NCBI GenBank assembly: GCA_965235115.1
Contig: OZ249436.1
Span: 52,144,001 to 52,208,000, forward strand
From: Laetmonice hystrix
Lineage: Eukaryota
Length of the DNA: 64,000 nt
Direction: 5' to 3'
Shown: piece by piece, positions 1 to 12,700 of the stretch
Numbering within the stretch: position 1 is the stretch's first letter
How the letters are laid out: each line of letters starts with the position of its first letter
Program-made: the position numbers and the translations under genes
Notes under the pieces: generated by a model
Seen by the model: the letters and a program-made list of their open reading frames with translations, nothing else
The model's database searches: none
What the model was told of the DNA's origin: nothing

Positions 1-198
1 GTATAAATACATGTCAGAGATAAGGGTCGTCCTATAGCCATGTAAATATACTGTAAAATAACTGTTGGAACATTTCCGACTAATGAAATGAAAACCATTG
101 GGATCCAGTCATCTCATACTCTTCTTTATTTTCCAATGGGATTGACCGATAGGTTGGAAGCGTCACAGATTTTGAATAACAATTTTATACTTTGCCAG

Positions 199-1815
199 GT
201 TTGATGTTCAACCTGAGATAACACGAGGTGAAATCCGTGACCTGTGGAAGACTTTCATCACGAACCAGGACAAGACGCTCGACTTCCAGCAGTTTACGCG
301 CCATTTTGGATACTCGCTCAAGTCAGCCTGCTTCCCCAACGCCAAGGTGAACCCACCAAAACGAGGAGATGCTGATTATATGATTCGCTCGCGCAAACTC
401 AACTGTGCCGCTGACATGCTCCAAGACAACCTGAGAGCGAAGGTAAGTTGGGAATTTGTTATTTTATTTATTTTTATAATAAAAAATGGAGATTTCTTCA
501 ATACATTTTAAAATTTCCACAAATAATGTTGGAGGCTATGCTTAGATCCCTGATAACCAGGGCCGTAGCGGAGGGGGGGGGGGGGGGAATGCACCTTGGG
601 ATTTCAAATTTTTTAATAGGCTGTTTTTTTTACTTGAGTGTGTTTGTGTTCTATCCATAGATTGACTACATGTGGGAGGAGTTACGAGAGGAGTTCCTCG
701 CCATGGATCCATACAAGACTGGATATGTTAACGCCGACGAGTTCCGGGAAGTGCTGTCTGAGCTCTGTGTCCACCTCAGCGAGTACGAACTCGATATGTT
801 GACAAGGAAGTTTGACGTGAATAGCGATAGCAGGTTCGTTTCCGGTTCTCAGCTTTCAGTGTCTCCTCAAGTTGCTCTGTCCGAGTATGTGCATTGCATT
901 TTTATAGTAGATCTATTGCTAATAAATTGTTTCAAGCGGGGGGTCAAAAGGAAATAAATAATTTATTACAAGGAAGGGGGGCACCTCCTAACCCCTCTCC
1001 TGGCTTTAATAAGTCTATCACGTGTTAATAAGAAAAACAATTGCAGGCTGAAATTATTATTGATTAGTTCTATGTATCCTTTCCAGGGTTTCCTACTTAG
1101 AGTTCCTGAAGCCTTTTGCCGCCAGAAAACAGGTTTGGCGCCATGGCAACAACATGTTGTCACTACTGCACCAACCAAATGCAACTCTTCCCGTCACCGA
1201 CGTAGGTGAACCCCCGCAAAAAGGACTCCATGGTCTGACCTCCAAACTCAGACACAAGGTAAAAAACCTCACCTTGAAAATATGAAGAAAGAAATAGTAG
1301 CGCTCAGTTTGTGACTGCAGCTAGGTTTAGGCCTTCAGTCTTTGGACTTAAAATGTAATTTGGGAGACACTAATAAGGCCCCGGTCTTTAAAGGCTTAAG
1401 TTTCGAAAAACCGGGCCCAGTATGTACTTGGCCTAGAATTCCCAATAGAACCTAAAGTTTTGTCGTTATCGGTTGTCCCTTTTGCTTCTGTTCCTTAAGT
1501 CGCCTTTTTCCACTAAACTGACTACTTAAGTAACATTGGTGTTCGTGTTTTGTTCTTCAGCTGACAGGAGATTGGAAGAACTTACGGCGGGCGTTCCGTA
1601 AGATGGACGTAAACAATGAGGGCTACCTCTCTCTGCCCGAGTTCCGGTCTGTACTAAAACTGGCCAATGTTATCTTGGACGAGGAAGAGGTCTACCATGT
1701 CATGAGTCGATTTGATGACAAAATGACAGGAAAGATACCTTACAACAAATTCCTCAACGACACATTCAACCCAAACCCACGTCAAACACCCACCAGAAAA
1801 TCTGCCACGATGTAA
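199..1815 (+). CDS. EFCAB6: EF-hand calcium-binding domain-containing protein 6-like, last 4 exons (5' part outside window)
   Basis: Exons 199-442, 661-833, 1087-1258 and 1561-1815 have GT/AG ends and consistent phases. Translation contains EF-hand pairs (DPYKTGYVNADEF, DVNSDSRVSYLEF, DVNNEGYLSLPEF, DDKMTGKIPYNKF) and the segments PPKRGDADY and WKNLRRAFRKMD, which I recognise as EFCAB6-like. Stop TAA at 1813-1815. Confidence 0.85.
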
Positions 1816-2749
1816 ATTGGATAAATTATATAACAAAAAGGTCTGTTTCCCTCCGACAGTGATATTTTGTTATGATAGGTCAACATTCTTCGCCATTATA
1901 CGGTGTGTCACAACAGTGGCGAATTCAAAATTCTTGCTAAACTAAATGCTTCTGTTTGGCTTGTCCAAGCAGATTAACCACCAGAAACTTTAAGCGTAGG
2001 TTTAAGCAAGAACTGAAGTTCTGAAAAGTAGGGCTCTGATCCTTGTACAGTGCAAGTGTATGAACCATTAAGATGCCAGTATGCCATTGTTTGCTTACGT
2101 TGGAGAGTTTCATGTAAAAAAGGAGTAAACTGTTGATGATGTGTGTAGTGGCTATGTCCTTTAGATATGTAAATATATGTAAATATACGGAGAAAACAAC
2201 AGTGCCCTTGATAAAGGTCAGTTGCCCTTGAAAGAATTACTTTGAAGTCAGGTAACAGGTTTGATTTGAACAAGGCATTGCGTTCAGAAATGGAAACCCT
2301 TTGTAGCTCTGATGCACAGTCGAACTACAAGTGTTTTTGTTATTTAAAGAAGGCAAAGATTGGAAAAGGAATACAAAATACAGGTGTCACTTTAAGCGCT
2401 GGATTTACTATATTAACTGTACAAAAGAATGTTATTAGCTTGTAGGATCTTATTTATCTTATTTTATTCCAAGCGTGGAAAAGGTCATATGTCCGGAACT
2501 AACCAGTATTTAGGTTTATTTTATTACCGGTGTGGTACTTCAAATATACAAGAAGCTACCTCTACTCACATCCCTGGTATTGTCTGTGATAGCTTATGGT
2601 TATTGGTTGTAATAGTTGTTCAGCTGAACGATGGACTTATCAGCTTGAGACGGAGACAGGCCTGGATACGGTTATAGATATCTATCTGTCCAACTTAAGA
2701 GAGAATAAAGGGCGTTTACTGTTACATGGATATTTGCGTATCTCTTCCC

Positions 2750-3250
2750 TGAAATACCACTTCCTGTCACGTTATCATGTGTTGTCTCGGACGTTAAATC
2801 TTCGAACACTAGGATGTAGCCTAAATAAAGATCGACCAAGTTCTCTTTTTTCTTCTCCGACATCAACGATTTAGTGAGCTTGCTCTTTCCCATACAGCCG
2901 GCAGCATGCACATTCTTGTTGTTGGCTGTCTTTCATCAAAGTGATTTCACTTCTTTATAAAAACATTTGATTTGAATAATTATGATGCTTTGGGCAGCAT
3001 TTTGGATAGGTCGCAGTCGGATCCGAAGCCAGGCTTTCAGTGAGCATCAGCGCCAAGGAGCGTAGCGGCGGGCATGGGAACTAGGCTAAAAGGCGGGCGT
3101 TCTGAATCAATTTGGAACTTGTGTTTACTATCTACCTAACCCTGGGGGTTCCCAACAATGTTTCAACAGGAATTGAGGAGGGCAAAGGAGAGATTAAGGA
3201 TAACCTTTGACCTTAAAGACAAACAGTTGGATGCATTAACAACATTGTCG
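2750..3250. mobile_element. Possible decayed Academ(H)-like DNA transposon relic
   Basis: GGGAACTAGGCTA ending at 3088 reads TAGCCTAG on the reverse strand, an Academ-type TAG terminus. 3158-3250 (+) encodes MFQQELRRAKERLRITFDLKDKQLDALTTL, resembling the start of a RecQ-type helicase but breaking off before Walker A. A Cys-containing fragment lies on the minus strand near 2780-2920. Confidence 0.3.
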
Positions 3251-3322
3251 GTTACAATGCCACACTACTGGCGCCACCTGGTGAGTATGTCAATGCCGGT
3301 GCAGTGGCGGGAAAACGCAGTC

Positions 3323-3349
3323 CATAGATGTGTACTCTACACATCTATG
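3323..3349. mobile_element. 27-bp TIR-only element / P-element-like excision footprint
   Basis: Perfect inverted repeat CATAGATGTGTA-CTC-TACACATCTATG flanked by a 7-bp direct repeat CGCAGTC (3316-3322, 3350-3356). Confidence 0.55.
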
Positions 3350-4910
3350 CGCAGTCCAAATGGTCCGTGCAGTCAAGAGGCTGCCGAATAGTCCGGTGTA
3401 CGGACTTCCGTTTTCGTAACGCTATGGTGTGTGAGTGATGCGGCCCCGTAGGGGATTCTATAAGTTTAAGTGAATACGGCATATCCGCGGATTAAAAACT
3501 TAATTGAACCTCATAAGTATTGGTATAGCAAAATGTTTAATAGCATATTGTGTTTTTGTACATAAGTGATACAAAAATATACAAAGCTGGCGTAATTGCG
3601 AACTCAATTTTTGATTATGATGACATTGACAGCACTAAAGATTCAGATTGAGGAAAAGCCTCAGATTTGTACGCCTTATATTGCTGCATGGATAGCAATC
3701 TGAATGGATCAATGGGCCTAATTAGAGCCACTTTACGCCAAAATCGGGGAATTCTAACAATTTTTCGATATATTTTACCACCTTAGTGACCCTTAGAGGT
3801 CAAAAGTTATTCGTCAATAATTTGCAAAATATAATGTCTTTTGGTACCATTTCTTTACCTGATTTAATTTGAACTTTGGTAGACGTGTCAAAATTCAAGT
3901 CACATAATACACACTTGACTTGATAATGTGCAGCTGTCTGACCGGGGGGGGGGATCCTATCTCGAAATGATCCTAGTCTCTATTATCATAGATATCAAGT
4001 CCCTATATTACATGATAATGAGCCCCTTCATGAGTTGAACCATGTAGGATTTATTAATAAATAATTCAAACTCCACCACCACGTCCTCCGTCGGTCTTAT
4101 ATTCTGTAGAGATTCTGTTAATCTCCATGGTAAATGATTCTAGTGTATGTTAAGGATGTATATTTGTCATTCTATATAGCCTAGTGTCCTCTAAGCATTC
4201 ACAGGGAGCCCATAGACAACTTCGTTCAAATATATAGAGTATACATTTTTCTATTTATAAATAGTATACCGGTATAGGTGGGTGCGTGCGTGTATATTTA
4301 TACCGTGCATTCCAGGCCTTGTCTCTTTGAGGTGCGCCAATTAATGCGCGCAAAAACTGCGTGCGAGTAGAGATGAGAAATGTGAACAACTTCCCTGAAT
4401 GCCAACCTCTCACTTGTCACTCGATATGTTCACCAGACTAAAAGAACCTTTATCAGGTTCCGAGGAACTGTACACTTTACTCGTTTCAATACGTCGGTTT
4501 CTATTGCGCTTGATCTGGTGGTATGCATTTCCTGCTATCCAAATTTAAAAGTAACGTTAACACACATGGTTTTATAGATGCTGGTAGTCCTCACAGCAGT
4601 AGCCGGAATGTTTACTTTCTTATCGTCAAATTGTTGTCTCACTGGCATCGTCTGCCCCAATCTTTTTGGGGTCACATTGAAAGGAAATTCACCTCACCGA
4701 ATGTTTCCAACATCAAAAATAATCCGGTTTGCCATCCCTTCCTGTTCTGATCTCTTCCAAGAACAATTCTAAACGACAAAACGGAAACGGGACAGATAAC
4801 CACACACACGGAAACGCTCCTATACAAAGTAGGCCAGGCCCCTACTGACTGGCTCTTCTTACATATCGTTATGGTGATGATGAACTCTGGAGAAAGCTAA
4901 CCGATTTTAA

Positions 4911-5438
4911 AGGGGCATGCTATGAAACACGTTTTTGAGGATTTCCGACAATTATCCAACATGACTGTGTACTAGGGATCCAAGTAAATAATCCTACCAC
5001 AGCATTTTGTCCTCCGACGTGTTTTCGCTGCATATGCAGCACAAGTAGGTTCTATACGACCAAACCTATAGATTTCTCCCGATAGCACATCTCCCGCCAT
5101 AATTTGGCGGACAACCCCCCATCAACCCGTGTAATTGCATACTGTGTCACATCCTGTGTGTGCACTCTCTGCATGTGCTTAGTCACGTGCTTTGCTTAGT
5201 TGTAAACAATTCAGCAGTGGCACTCAATCGCCCAGCATCAGAATGCCACCCAAAAAATATTTTACGAAATCGGCAGAGAAGCAGGCAAGGGAGCTTAATA
5301 AACTTCGATTTCTCACACAAAATGAAACTGATAAGTCTGTCTTTGTTTACTAAGCAATTTTAATGAAGGGTCCCTTTATGAAAACAGCAAAAGTTCTATG
5401 AAATACCGATTATTATCGTTTCCTCATAATATGCCCCT
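4911..5438. mobile_element. Non-autonomous Kolobok-type DNA transposon (MITE), copy 1
   Basis: TTAA duplications at 4907-4910 and 5439-5442. Termini AGGGGCAT...ATGCCCCT. A homologous inverted copy lies at 21418-21929. Confidence 0.85.
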
Positions 5439-5833
5439 TTAATGGGGTTATAAATAAATGCAGGTTCACTTAGAGGCTCTTTTGAAAAGTCTCTAGAAAA
5501 AAAGAGGCTTGATTATATACATCATAAAATAGTCAAGGACAAATCTTAGATAGGTTACGAAACTAGCCACGTATGAATAATACGTGCTGATTTATAAATA
5601 CTTCATAGTTTACTACGGATTCAGTAAGATTAAAACCATGCTCCTGAAAGTAAAACAAAATCCTAGCTTTCTGCTCATTCTTAATATGGTCGCAAATATA
5701 GATGCTACAACTTATGGCAAGCAGCAAGAATATAATTATTAATACTCAACTACGACAAGTGAGTAGTTAACGACGCATAGCAAAGACACGCGTAGAGAAT
5801 TCTAAGGATATATACACACATATACATTATACA

Positions 5834-5839
5834 TTTATT
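5834..5839 (-). terminator. Candidate polyadenylation signal (AATAAA) of cadherin gene A
   Basis: TTTATT on the plus strand, about 880 nt downstream of gene A's stop, followed in sense direction by TG/TA-rich sequence. Confidence 0.4.
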
Positions 5840-6717
5840 CTTCAACTGCTAGCACCAGGTAATGATACCGTATACTTGCCATGGTGTCAACACTGATTAC
5901 ATTTGTTTTTTTAAAGTTAACAACAAATCTGCCACGTGTTATATGAACACCATCAGGGTACAACAAACCAATGTGACGTTTTCATCTTAGAAACGAGCGA
6001 CTATACCGTACATCCTTTTGTAAACCACCCCGAAAAAAGGCGAACCCCACTTGTCAGATAAACACTTTACCAGTTTCTGCTGACTTCGCAATCATAAATA
6101 AACCACTTGCTGCCTAGGCTAATCATGCAAACATTATCATGAACTCGAGATCGAGTTAGGTAAATTACTAAATATCTTTGATTCAGTTATGGCGACACTC
6201 GAACCAACTCTACCCATCATCGTATTCATAAATATTAATACGACTACATGTAGGCCTACTTGTATTTTTTCTGGAGGGGGGGGGGTGTCATTTTATACTT
6301 TTTAGTTCCTTTTAATCAATTCAGCATGTATTTGAATATTCACCTCAACAAGCGATCAGCATGTGATCATGTCTATATCTGCCTTATACTGCAACAGATA
6401 AAATCAGACTTTTTTTTAATAACAAGACTGAATGAAATCCAGTGGTGTCTTTAGCTCTGCCACTGGCTAACATCACACTCGAGTTCCTCCAACATGAGAA
6501 TACTATCAAAATACAATGCCCTTCGACAAACTGTCCATATTAAACACTTTAAGATCCCTGGTAACCATTTAGCACCGTGGAGTGGCGGGCGGTAAGCGCC
6601 GTAAAATGGAAGCCGTGAATGGTGTCGACCCCTAGCGGGCGGTCTCGTTCCAACCACGCGGGTCACCGTCTCTGATTGCCTCCTCGCCAGCCAATAACGT
6701 CATAACGTTTTCCTACA

Positions 6718-9700
6718 TCAGTCCATCTTCACCGTCGTTTCTTGCCATTCGTAGTCCTTCTCTGGACTAAAAGAGCATGTATAAAATAAGATGTTACTCG
6801 CACCAAAATCCCACCAAACATTCAACAAAAGGGTTCAAAGTTGCCGCCTCGGATATTCCAGAACTTGGGGTAGCCTACCCCTTCCCTATCGACCCCTTGC
6901 ACCAATAGGCCTATGGCTCAAATGATTTTTATTTTAATTCTACCTAATTCTAAATAAAATAATATGACAGATACTTACTAGTTGAAGTTCAATGTTGGGT
7001 CGACGACAACATCTGAAATATTGGAATAGTCCTCCATGAACATCTGTTTTTCACAAGTGTGGGGTATTTGTCAGAAAATGTATTTTTTTCTATTAGGCCT
7101 AACGTAGCAGTTTCAACCAAAATGGTACTTGTATTTTTTTTGTATCACCGACAGTTGATGGATGGTTTGCGCAGACTCTGCGCTGTTTCAGCAATCCGAA
7201 ATGCGGACAATCATTCCAGTATACAACGTAATAGGTGTAGGCATGAACAAACCCTTGCCGTCCTACAACGTGTCTGACCTAGTGTGGACGTCTCGGCTAT
7301 ATGCTCAACTATAGAACATTGGATGAAGGGTGGCCGAATGAAATTTGATATTTAACTTACATGGTTTGTACATGCCCATTCGTCTCCTGTACCTACAAGA
7401 TACATAACAAATAAACTGATATATCGATAAAACAAAGCAACATTTTCTGATGCATCATACCACACGGACACCGAGGCCCACTCTCTTGAAAATTAGGCAT
7501 AATTTGAGAGAAATTGTCAATCTTTGACTTCTATCCTCATGCTTGACATGTTCATTGGAAGCGTTGAATTTTATAAAGGACCTAGGCCTATAGATCTGAA
7601 CCATGGGTTAGGGTTAGAGCGCTATACTGACACGTCCTGCCACATTCCACTTGAAAAGGTTTCCTTTTCTCCAAATTGATTTTAAAAACTTACTAAATCA
7701 GCGTCGGCGTCGGAGCACACTGTAACGGACCTCGGTTGAACCAATGCTGGACACCGCGCTAATAACACAAGCTCGACTACCGCCAGGACAGAGCCATTGT
7801 AACTGGCTAGAGTGTGAATAATGAAGAGTAGAAGCAGACCTACCTCTTGTACCAGTAGCAGAGGAGACAGATGAGGATGAGGGCGATGAGTATCATGAAG
7901 AGAGTGAGGGCCACAAGGATCCACCACATCCAGAAGTGCTCTGACCAAGTCACTGTCGTTACCGGCACTGAACATAGGCCTATCTGTCAACGACAGGGGC
8001 CAGGTTTAGTCCAAACTTCAGTTTTAAACTTACCGCTTCTGATTATCTGGTCTTATCCTGGACACAGATTTCTTCTGATTAGTGTGTGTGTGGGGGGGGG
8101 GGGGGGGCCTAGTCAAGAATTGGTTACGACACTATTTTAATGCTTATGGGGTGGATGTTTAATTGCGTTTCCAAGCATGCAAAAACTAGTATAGGGTGTT
8201 TATTGCCAAAGGGATGAGGGAACAAAGTTTTAATCAGAGTAAATTAGAGTAAAAGTACTTACTATTTAGAAAAAAACACCTAGTGCTTGGTTAGATAACT
8301 ATTTCTCATCTCTGTTTCAATCTTTTTATTCCTAGTTTCCTTTTATAAAGAAACACCTGGTATATTATAATGTAGGTGTTTCCACAGACAATGCTCTACA
8401 CAGACAATGCTGTACATACCTCAGTGTCAATGACGAGGTACTTGTAGTAGATCGGTTCAAGGTCGTCCTTTTTGTCTTCCAGCAGCTTCAGAGCATCGTC
8501 GGGATCTAGGACACGGTTATTTTCCACCATGTGGAAGCACAGGTCTGTCCTGAAACGGTATCAAGGATGTTACAGCTCCGAGACATCAGCTTTTGATCAT
8601 GGTAAACTTGTGCTGCTATACTCAATAATAAGATAACATAATGCCCTACTGAACGTCAACAATGATTGGTTGAATCATTCGAGAGAGCAAACAATTACTG
8701 GCACGTTACATCAATCACAGTTAGAGTTAATGGATTTTGTTTACTTACCGAGATCTGTCAAAGTCACTACCATCTGTCACGTGGAACCGCAGTGCATCTG
8801 GTGATACTAATACTGATCCCATCGTGTCGTTAACTTCCCTAAAAAATATTAAAAATATCAGTTTCTCGATACGGTAGCTATAGGTTTTATTTGAAATTAT
8901 CTGGTCCATGGGGAGGGCAGAGGGACTGACTGCCGCCCGGTCCATGGTAAAGGCAGCGGGACTGACTGCCGCCCGGTCCATGGGGAAGGCAGCGGGACTG
9001 ACTGCCGCCCCGTCCATGGGGAAGGCAGCGGGACTGACTGCCGCCCGGTCCATGGGGAAGGCAGCGGGACTGACTGCCGCCCGGTCCATGGGGAAGGCAG
9101 CGGGACTGACTGCCGCCCGGTCCATGGGGAAGGCAGCGGGACTGACTGCCGCCCGGTCCATGGGGAAGGCAGCGGGACTGACTGCCGCCCGGTCCATGGG
9201 GAAGGCAGCGGGACTGACTGCCGCCCGGTCCATGGGGAAGGCAGCGGGACTGACTGCCGCCCGGTCCATGGGGAAGGCAGCGGGACTGACTGCCGCCCGG
9301 GCCATGGGGAAGGCAGCGGGACTGACTGACAACCGGCCCATCAAACACATCTTATAATCAAAGATTACCTGATAAAGTCTCTTTGGTTCGCACTGACTTC
9401 TTTGGGCGTTTTATTGAAAACAAACTTGAGTTGCTGGCCACCACGCACAGTGTAGATCTACAATTGGAAGACAAGATTTATAAGTGAAACTCCTGTAGTT
9501 AACTGATGCAAAAACAAACTTTGCCACGCATTGTTTGTTGTTGGAAGTTTTGATTGTCAACGAATTCACTCTAATCAACCACTGAACTGGTCAGAACCCA
9601 AGTACTGCATGAATAAAAAAACAGTAATGTGTTTCTGGGGAAAGTCGGGCACCGTGTACACCCTGAATTTATTGTAGTTGTCTTGAATATATCGAATCTT

Positions 9701-12700
9701 TAATGTATATTGACACTTAGAATGCTTTAAAATAAACTACCTTGCACTAATTTATCCAAGGGCTTACATATCAAGGATCTTTAAGCCAGAGTTGCATGAA
9801 CCTTTGTTCCAGACGAGCCGATGACCTATTTTGACACATGATGACCAGTGAAAGAGTTACTGAGGTAGAAGCACACCCAATTAGCCTCAGTACTACACAC
9901 TTATTAAATCTGTCAAGAAATTGAATAAAAGACTTACAACAAGTTTCGCCGTTGCTTTCCTGCTTTTCGCATCCGTGGCCGTGACAATCATGCTAAAATA
10001 GCCATTACGGTAATCGACAAGTGACGCCTTGTTGGTGAAGACTGTTCCCGTGTCGGCACCAATGAGGAACACGCTGTGGGCTGCCATCGTTTGTTCGTCC
10101 TCTCGCAGGAAGACGATGTTGGAGAGATTGTAGGACACCCTGGTGAAGGCCGAGTTGGAGTCGCCGTCCATGGCTCGGATGGTGACGATTGGCGTTCTGA
10201 ATGGCGCCGTCTCCAACACTCCTACCGGACCAAAGCAATTCTTGTCATTATAGCTGAGTTAAGTGTCAGATTATAGTTAGGAGAAGATACTGCTACTGTA
10301 AAAGAACCTAGAGATACTGTCAACGTTATCATGACTAGCCCATCCTGTCAATCCTTCGTATAGCCTCTGCGCATAACAAAGGGCCTAGATGTGAAAACAC
10401 TATTGGCTTAGATTTTGCCTTGGCGCTTGCAAAGGGCGAGATCGTCGACAGTTACCCTCCTCTCTCCTTTCTGAAACGAGATTCAAAGCTACGCCATGCA
10501 GAGGCCAGCCTATTCATAGTCGCTTGTACCCGATTTCACCACTGACCGAGCCGCCCAACAATTCCTAATGAAGTTATGTGTCATGTATACACACAGATCA
10601 TGTACATGTATACCCCGTCAAATACAAACCAGTTGTGATGGTGTCTTGCCCTGTGAAGGACGGACCATGGTCATCCACGTCGGTAACATCTACATGTACT
10701 TTCTGTATGGTCCAATCCAGCACCGTGTTTGGGTCGACCTGAGTGGCGTTATACTGGTCACTATTGCTGACCTTCACACACAGGAGGTAGCTCGTCTTTA
10801 CCTCCCGGTCAAGTGTGATCGCAGTTTTTATAACACCTGTTCTCTTGTCTATGGTGAATGGCGCCTTGGACGTGGGCGTTGGGGGATCGTTACCACCTTT
10901 ATTTATAAAGCACAACACATATTAATCAGATATTATAATTATATTATTGACCGTCGAATAAGTATACGTTCTAAAGATGTCAAAATTCGGACCACTCTCC
11001 ATCATCAGCATGATATTCTAAAGAGCCAGTGTGCCTCAACGAAATTCTTTCGACATACGGTATTATGTATGGTGGCACGACCAGTTCTGAGGACAGGTCG
11101 ACTTGAAAACTGTCAGTCTACATCCAACGGCTACTTCTAATTACTGCTCGATTCAATACTACAATACTGGGATAACTAGTATGTACAGTTTCCAAATTGT
11201 CTTTCAAAATCAAGTCCCACTTACACACAAAGTAATAGGACATCTTGTCAAAAGGAGGTTTATCGCGGTCACAGGCCTGCACCCTGGTCACTTCGGTGCC
11301 CGAGTCCTCGCCCTCCAGAACACTGACCATCCGCGGGTTCTTGTTCTCTCGCTGTTACACATAACAACCTCATCAGTTACACATAACAACCTCATCAGTT
11401 ACACCAAACAACCTCATCAGTTACATCAAACAACCTCATCAGTTACATCAAACAACCTCATCAGTTACACCAAACAACCTTATCAGTTACATCAAACAAC
11501 CTCATCAGTTACACCAAACAACCTTATCAGTTACATCAAACAACCTTATCAGTTACACCAAACAACCTTATCAGTTACACATAACAACCTCATCAGTTAC
11601 ATCAAACAACCTCATCAGTTACATCAAACAACCTTATCAGTTACATCAAACAACCTCATCAGTTACACATAACAACCTGATCAGTTACATCAAACAACCT
11701 CATAAGTTACATCAAACAACCTCATCAGTTACATCAAACAACCTCATCAGTTACACATAACAACCTCATCAGTTACACATAACAACCTCATCAGTTACAC
11801 ATAACAACCTCATCAGTTACACCAAACAACCTCATCAGTTACACCAAACAACCTTATCAGTTACATTAAACAACCTTATCAGTTACATCAACAACTTCAT
11901 CAGTTACACCAAACAACCTTATCAGTTACACCAAACAACCTCATCAGTTACATCAACAACCTCGTCAGTTACACCAAACAACCTTATCAGTTACACCAAA
12001 CAACCTCATCAGTTACATCAAACAACCTCATCAGTTACATCAAACAACCTCATCAGTTACACCAAACAACCTCATCAGTTACATCAAACAACATCATCAG
12101 ATTATTGTTCCCTACCCCTGGACAGTTCCAGAAGGACGGCACGTTGTCGTTGACGTCCGTTACGTTGATGACAAAGCGGCGTGTACTTTCCGCATTAAAC
12201 AGTGTGTCCTCGACCACAACGATTAGCTAAAAACATGACCCAACACACACACAGACTGTTCAATCGGTTGAAGAACATTAGTTGTAAGTGACTCATATCC
12301 CACATGGAATCTCCAATGCCTAAGTATGCAATAACACTGCAAAAGGTTACCTCTTGCTGTATAGACATAAACTGGTTTATCGTTTTTACACCCGCATACT
12401 GCCTCTGTAGACAATTATTTGAAGACTATAGATTCACTTTGCCGACGACTATTATGACTTCGCGAGTACAGCGTAAACACCCCAACAAGCAATCTCATGA
12501 AATTTCAAGTCAAGGCCCTGGCATTAACGCCATAGTGTTAATGGCCCTCTAGGGGACTACCAACCTGGTAAAGTTGTTTCGCTTCACGGTCCAGTGGTCG
12601 CTTTACTGTGATAACACCTGTAAATGGGTTGATGTCGAAATACGTCTGGTCCTGAAGATCACTGTTTGAGAGGAAGCGATACTGTATGTTGCCAAGGGCA

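Noticed and set aside
6451..6717. Stop-codon readthrough extension of gene A (ORF 6451-6666 is in frame)
   Set aside because: Two TGA codons intervene and there is no typical readthrough context; treated as 3' UTR.
7694..7802. Extra exon after the TM exon of gene A
   Set aside because: It needs a 41-nt intron and shifts the downstream frame; skipping it gives a better basic juxtamembrane tail.
8745..9357. Long repetitive ORFs (MDRAAVSPAAFP)n and the other frames
   Set aside because: Artefact of a stop-free 36-bp intronic minisatellite; only 8838-8749 is a real exon.
10568..11672. 190- and 189-aa plus-strand ORFs
   Set aside because: Antisense shadows of cadherin exons and of the 22-bp repeat.
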